A DNA stretch of 63,825 bases, counting the filler, from Intoshia linei (Eukaryota > Animalia > Orthonectida), in the NCBI GenBank assembly GCA_001642005.1. It is 7 parts of 7 records of this genome, joined end to end, with 100 filler letters (N's around TTAATTAATTAA, not from the genome) between each part and the next. Parts side by side here need not be neighbours in the genome. Positions count along the whole stretch, not along the records: positions 62,769 to 63,825 come from LWCA01002823.1; 6 more parts are not named here. One strand, given 5' to 3'. The notes under the pieces were generated by a model. The model did no database searches. It saw nothing but the letters and a program-made list of their open reading frames with translations, and had not been told where the DNA came from. Of this stretch, positions 62,669 through 63,825 are shown in pieces (the first letter of the stretch is position 1; every line of letters starts with the position of its first letter). A program made the translations under genes and the position numbers.

Positions 62669-62879
62669 NNNNNNNNNNNNNNNNNNNNNNNNNNNNNNNN
62701 NNNNNNNNNNNNTTAATTAATTAANNNNNNNNNNNNNNNNNNNNNNNNNNNNNNNNNNNNNNNNNNNNATCTTCAGCTTTCCTAAATTTAATTAAGTTTA
62801 TTTTAACTTTATTTGACTGTTACAGGTTAGAAACATCATACCAAACAAAACTATTTAAAGTATTTTTATATCACAAAAA

Positions 62880-63825
62880 ATGTCAAACAATAAGTTAAGG
62901 AAAAAAAGTTACCTTCTAAAATTTCTAGAAGTACAAGAGAGATGTGGCTAGTGGGACCAGCAATTGAAAAACTCCCAGAACATAAATTACCAACAATAAA
63001 GCAGGTTATATGCATTTACTCATATCATCAAGAATCAGAGACTTCATCAAAGTATCAGCATTGTTGTTGAGGCAATTATTTCCATATATAATAATGCTAG
63101 GATTCCTACCATGTCAAAAAGTTATGCTATCAATAAACTAAAGCGTATAGTTCTTACATACAACAAATTGAAACAATTTAAATACACTAACAAAAGGATT
63201 CAAGAAGAAAATTGTTTCAAATTAAAGTTGGGATAAACTGTTTGATATTGCCCATTTTGATGCAGTGAATGATTTCTAATAAAGAAGATTTGCAGTTTCT
63301 TTTAATTAAACGCCAAAATCATGTTGGTTTAATGAGTTTATCATATGATAAAGTAGCTAGAATAAAAAATCGTTCAAGAATGAGGAAGGAAGATTGTTTA
63401 AAAAGAGCTGTAATTAAAAAGCATCGATCAACAATCACTCATAATAAATGCTCTTTTAATTCTGATTCAGAATTTTCTCATGAGAATGAAATATTGGCCA
63501 CTGATTAAGATTTTAAAACTCCTAAAAAAATTATGTAACAAAGAAGATCTTCAACAAGTGTAGTGACTTCTGAACTTTCAGCTTCACTAGATATAACTAA
63601 AACAAGTGATCGAATGCCAGTATATGTTATTGCATACACAGTTAAAGCTCTGAATATATGCCTTTATCAAGGAACACTATTTCAAGAAGAAGAATATCAT
63701 TCAAAGAAGAAAAAGCTATGATATTAACAACAAATTAAAACATGGAATGCCCTCAATTGTTCACTGGAATGGTAAATTGTTGGAGGAAATAGACAATTCA
63801 AGTCATAAAAAGGTTGATCGTTTAC
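62880..63825 (+). mobile_element. Decayed hAT-superfamily (hATm-like) transposase, N-terminal half
   Basis: Broken frames with KLPTIKQV, DKLFDIA, EDLQFL..R, SELSASLD.TKTSDR and VHWNGKLL..KVDRL; same family as 30240-31656. Confidence 0.7.

Overview
Very AT-rich animal genomic DNA. It is a concatenation of seven contigs joined by identical 100-bp artificial spacers (44 N + TTAATTAATTAA + 44 N), so neighbourhood across a spacer means nothing. Nuclear contigs carry intron-rich genes with many 34-39 nt GT-AG introns: WDR63/DNAI3 (-), ALDH6A1 (+), SREBP (-), a HEAT-repeat gene (+), ABHD13 (-), ZSWIM7/SWS1 (+) and a secreted tandem-VWA gene (+), plus several unassigned exon chains. They lie among decayed transposons: non-autonomous Helitrons, hAT MITEs and transposase relics, pogo/Tigger, IR/DR-type Tc1 and a Gypsy integrase fragment. 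One contig is a ~143-145 bp satellite. Another (58920-62668) is mitochondrial DNA in the invertebrate code: cox1(-), trnF(-), nad1, trnQ, trnE, trnP, trnR, nad6, trnL2, cob, trnW, candidate atp8, nad3, trnI. Tiny introns, extreme AT content, fast-evolving proteins and annelid-like mitochondrial adjacencies suggest a degenerate spiralian parasite such as the orthonectid Intoshia (inference). The most interesting signals are a rewritten cytochrome b Qo site (PDWF), a cryptic 38-aa atp8, T-armless mt-tRNAs, and a Helitron family that brackets foreign fragments. No clearly new multi-gene system could be established from the sequence alone.
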